This document shows, piece after piece, positions 33,084 to 35,653 of a stretch of 35,653 bases of DNA. The stretch is taken from contig QPGO01000382.1 in assembly GCA_008632985.1 (NCBI GenBank), positions 1 through 35,653 on the forward strand, read 5' to 3'. The notes beneath the pieces were generated by a model that saw only the letters and a list, made by a program, of their open reading frames with translations, made no database searches and was not told where the DNA came from. A program made the position numbers and the translations under genes. The stretch comes from Psammoneis japonica. Its lineage: Eukaryota. Each line of letters starts with the position of its first letter. Positions within the stretch are counted from its first letter, which is position 1.

Positions 33084-35164
33084 ATGGTGTTACCAGTCAA
33101 GTCTTCATCGATCTCTGACAATGACTTGTATACGGGAAAACGAAAAAAGGGACGACGACAGGGAATTTACAATCTCGCCGTTCTTGGTCTTTGCATGGTG
33201 TCCTTTGTCGCGGGGTCTTTATGGACGACACTGGGAAGCATGTCCGCTCTACAAATTGAAGCCATGGTACAACAACGATTGAATGAAGAACGCATCAAAT
33301 TGTTTGGTGGAAAACAACAACAAGATTCTCTCCTGAGACAACGCAAGGCCATGTCACAAGCAGACCCAAAGCATCGGCAACAAGAACCTTGTACCAAGAG
33401 TGGGGAGGGACCACGATTTCCAAAAACCATGAGGCATTATGCAAGAGGCATGGCTCGTGTCGATCGAGGAAATTTTACTCGAACGCTCGATTTGGGAGTA
33501 CCGATTGGTCCTTTGAAATACAAGGGAATTGAAGACGTTTTGTTTTTATACAAGAGCGACAATGCCGCTCCCAATCGTCAATCAAAGATTTTTGCAGATG
33601 GCGAAATTCCACAGATGGATGCGGAAACCGCCATGTCCAACTGTGAAACGCTCCAAGTCATCTTGACGGAATTCGCGACACGAAAACAGTGCGTGGCCAT
33701 TGTACCGCAGTACCCGTCCATGCACATTTTACGATACCAGCGTGTGCCACCCGCCAACCTTGACAAAATGAACACGGTGCGACGAGTCGATCCATCGGAA
33801 AAGTTGCGTTTGGTAGGACGAGGCCTTCGATCGGATGGAATTGACGAGTTTAAGCCTGCCGCAAAGGATGCCACCGAACGGCACTGGAGGAATTTGAGGA
33901 ATTTCTTCAATTCCGTCGACCGCGTCACGGAGGATTTAAAAGTGCTGGCCCAACGTGTGGCGCGAGACAACACCATTGTGGTCATGGTGTGCAATCATGG
34001 GCAGTCCGAGATTTTGATTAATTTTGTCTGTTCGGCGCAAGCACGCAACATTGACATTAGTCACATTCTGCTCTTTGCGACCGACATTGAAACCCTGCAG
34101 CTGGCCCAAGCCATGGGTATGACTGCCTACTACGACAAAACTGTGAGTTTGCTGCAACTTTATATGGCTTCCACTACTTTTGCTTGATTTTGTGACTCAA
34201 TAATACTTGTCCTTTATCCATTTTTACTCGCTTCTACAGTTGTTCTCGGATGTCCCAACCCAGGCGGCTGTTGGATACGGCGACGGCACCTTTGCCGCCA
34301 TGATGATGTCCAAGGTGTACTGCGTCCAACTCATTAGCTCGTTGGGATATGATTTGCTATTCCAAGATGTTGATTTGATTTGGTACAAAGACCCAATCTC
34401 CTTTTTCAAGGAAAACAAGGACGATGAATTTGACATTTACTTTCAAGACGACGGCGGACGGAGTTTGCGGTATCAACCCTATTCGGCCAATTCGGGCTTT
34501 TACTATGCCAAGAGCAATCGCAAAACCATTAACTTTTCAACTCGTTGCTAATGCAGAGTGACATGATATTGACCAATCGTAGTCATCAACAATCCATGAT
34601 TGCCATTTTGGCCGAGCACGCGTCACTCTTTGGGCTTGGTGTCAAGGTGATCTCAAAGGATCGATCCGAATTCCCTGGCGGTGTTCATTATCATATGGAT
34701 AGGGCCTTTATGAAGGCCATGATGAAGGGAGAGACTGATCAATATGGTAAGTATGCGCACGTTGTTTTTTTCTGCTATGCTTGTCGTGTCGTCGCTGAAG
34801 TTCGAAGCTTACACATCACTTCCTTCTTTTCTTCGTTTTTCTCTTTCTAGTTTTCCACATGTCTTGGACACAAAACAAGGACAACAAGCTTTTGTTTTTG
34901 AAACAAATCGGTGAATGGTATGTCGAGGATCAGTGTGTTGGAGCGAAAAACAGCGACATGATCGAGTTCGGCGACGACGACTTTAGCTTGCAAGACAATT
35001 GCTGCTCTGCCGATCCACTCTTTTCGTGCCATTACAGCGACAAACCCAGCAAGTACCCATGCAATGACAAACCACCCATTGACAAGGGAGCAATGCCGTT
35101 TTGGAATGAAGATGAGGATGCGCCGACTCCTCCCAAAGAGTATAAGAAACTCTCCACCAAGTAG
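33084..35164 (+). CDS. Nucleotide-diphospho-sugar transferase (GT77-like glycosyltransferase), type II membrane protein, 3 exons
   Basis: N-terminal TM; LGYDLLFQDVDLIWYKDP (DxD), DIYFQDDG, NSGFYY, HQQ and FHMSWT motifs. Introns 34143..34239 and 34747..34850 restore the frame; 1-nt deletion in a T-run near 34535. Confidence 0.88.
34143..34239 (+). other. Spliceosomal intron (97 nt)
   Basis: ACT|GTGAGT ... CTACAG|TTG; in-frame join YYDKT-LFSD. Confidence 0.85.
34747..34850 (+). other. Spliceosomal intron (104 nt)
   Basis: TATG|GTAAGT ... polypyrimidine tract ... TTCTAG|TTTTC; in-frame join DQY-VFHMSWT. Confidence 0.85.
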
Positions 35165-35245
35165 GCTATTTGTAACCATAGAGCGTCGATGGTTTTTACT
35201 GCTGCTTTTGGACTCGCTTCCGTGGGATGTAGGGAAACAGCTTTG

Positions 35246-35653
35246 CTACAAAAGCCGCTGCGTGTCATCATCATCTCCATTTTCTGCTTGGACGTTTTCT
35301 TGTGTTTGTAAAGTTGTCAAGGTCTGTAGTTCGTTTCTATGATGAAGCACCGACGCTCTCCAATACCCTAGAATGGCCAACACGGCACTCACCACAACCA
35401 ATACCTCTAGTGTCAAGATATCGTGGCCGTGATGATTTTTGTCCTTGTACTCGTCGACACAATACGCCCCACTATTACGTCGGCGGCATGGAATGGCAAA
35501 CGAAAACACAAATCCCAGCGCCATAAACACACCCGTGTGCAAGGTCATGTTGGCAAACGCGGCTTGTTCGCATTGAAACAATTGACAAAAGACAGCACGA
35601 AGTGGTCCTTCGTACGTAGCACGACCCATGCCTTGCAACGAATAAAATAGTCA
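35246..35653 (-). CDS. 3' end of a multi-pass membrane protein, possibly MFS/UNC-93-like (partial)
   Basis: Hydrophobic segments LFYSLQGMGRATYEG, GVFMALGFVFSFAI and LEVLVVVSAVLAILGYW; acidic tail ending in a dileucine; frame is open to the window end. Confidence 0.6.

Noticed and set aside
5855..34540. Frameshifts in host genes (~5860, 6691, ~6960, ~21450, ~25740, ~28590, ~34535) as programmed frameshifting or mass pseudogenisation
   Set aside because: They are small indels, mostly in homopolymer runs or at an N, in otherwise well-conserved frames; consensus errors are the simpler explanation, pending read inspection.

Overview
Eukaryotic genomic DNA, most likely a diatom or related stramenopile, judged from compact genes, ~100-nt GT-AG introns and the gene families. 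About ten host genes are interleaved with three transposon-derived blocks: a decayed PIF1-helicase relic (possibly Helitron), an IS630/Tc1/mariner-like DDE element, and a TA-flanked TIR element. Three observations stand out. (1) A 1362-aa protein fuses six DEP domains to a domain carrying the motifs of the bacterial toxin class II nucleotidyl cyclases (anthrax EF/CyaA/ExoY). (2) A predicted type II membrane receptor has the order TIR-TM-LRR, the reverse of a Toll-like receptor. (3) Kilobase tracts centred on the transposons have lost almost all TpA dinucleotides by TA->CA/TG change (Tyr->His/Cys in conserved motifs), the opposite of fungal RIP, and this appears to spread into a neighbouring host gene. 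Several genes carry single-base frameshifts, mostly in homopolymers or at an N, which are probably assembly errors. All family calls come from motif recognition by eye; no database search was run.
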